Assembly: GCA_951406725.2 (NCBI GenBank)
Contig: OX597829.1
Span: 33,232,001-33,296,000 of the forward strand
Direction of reading: 5' to 3'
Length of the DNA: 64,000 nt
Origin: Octopus vulgaris
Lineage: Eukaryota
Both the position numbers and the translations under genes were made by a program. Under the pieces are notes generated by a model. The model saw only the letters and a list, made by a program, of their open reading frames with translations, ran no database searches and had not been told where the DNA came from. Positions 63,509 to 64,000 of the stretch are shown here, in pieces; position 1 is the stretch's first letter, and each line of letters opens with the position of its first letter.

Positions 63509-64000
63509 ATTATAACTTTATCTTTGCTCTCTTAGCTGATTGAACACTATTCTATTTGTTGGAGTTGTACCACGTAGTTATATATGCATATATATATACA
63601 AACACACACACCATACACACACTTAACTAATAGTCATGTTTTCTTTGCATTGGGAAATGTATTGGCCTTGGGCGCAGCATTCTCAAGTGATGTTAAAGTA
63701 TGATCATCAATGCAAATGATGTCACCTGCCAATGTATTCCAATGATGTTACACAGTTCAAGAGATGGTTAGTGATTCCAAGTATGCTAGGTCCTATGTTG
63801 CTGACAGTAAGATTGACATTCTTATAAACAATTGAGTAACCTGGAATGCCTATAAAAAGCTTCAAAATTCAGTATCAATCAAATATTTCAAAGCGAACTT
63901 GGCTTGTCTTCCTCAGGGCATGCGTAGAGTGCAGTTATAGAGCTGAAACCTAAACAATGAAGAAAAAGCTTCAAGATCACCTTGATGGTACGTCAAGGTA

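Overview
AT-rich, microsatellite-dense eukaryotic DNA. The repeat repertoire (RTE LINEs with (GAT)n tails, tRNA-like SINEs, Penelope, Dong/R4, mariner, MULE) looks like a coleoid cephalopod such as Octopus; this is an inference, not a database match. One host gene is supported: SH3RF1/POSH (RING plus four SH3 domains, E3 ligase and JNK scaffold) on the minus strand. I assembled ten GT-AG exons with consistent phases from 56260 to the stop at 25956 (2134 nt, about 710 aa). They cover most of SH3-1, all of SH3-2 to SH3-4, and the KRHSF and RRSLELSP motifs. The RING exons were not found and probably lie beyond base 64000. The rest is nested transposon debris, and most ORF-track entries are microsatellite or antisense-TE artefacts. 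The most notable unannotated signal is a set of short non-coding modules flanked by (TA)n/(CA)n. Several have inverted (foldback) arms, one pair perfect over 185 bp, and several carry type I hammerhead ribozyme motifs (CUGANGA...GAAAC-palindrome-GUA). These resemble Penelope-like pLTR ribozymes but have unusually long helix II inserts, and some lie inside POSH introns. Templated or inverted copies of flanking DNA also occur at LINE 5' junctions. All structures were read by eye; none was computationally folded or searched.
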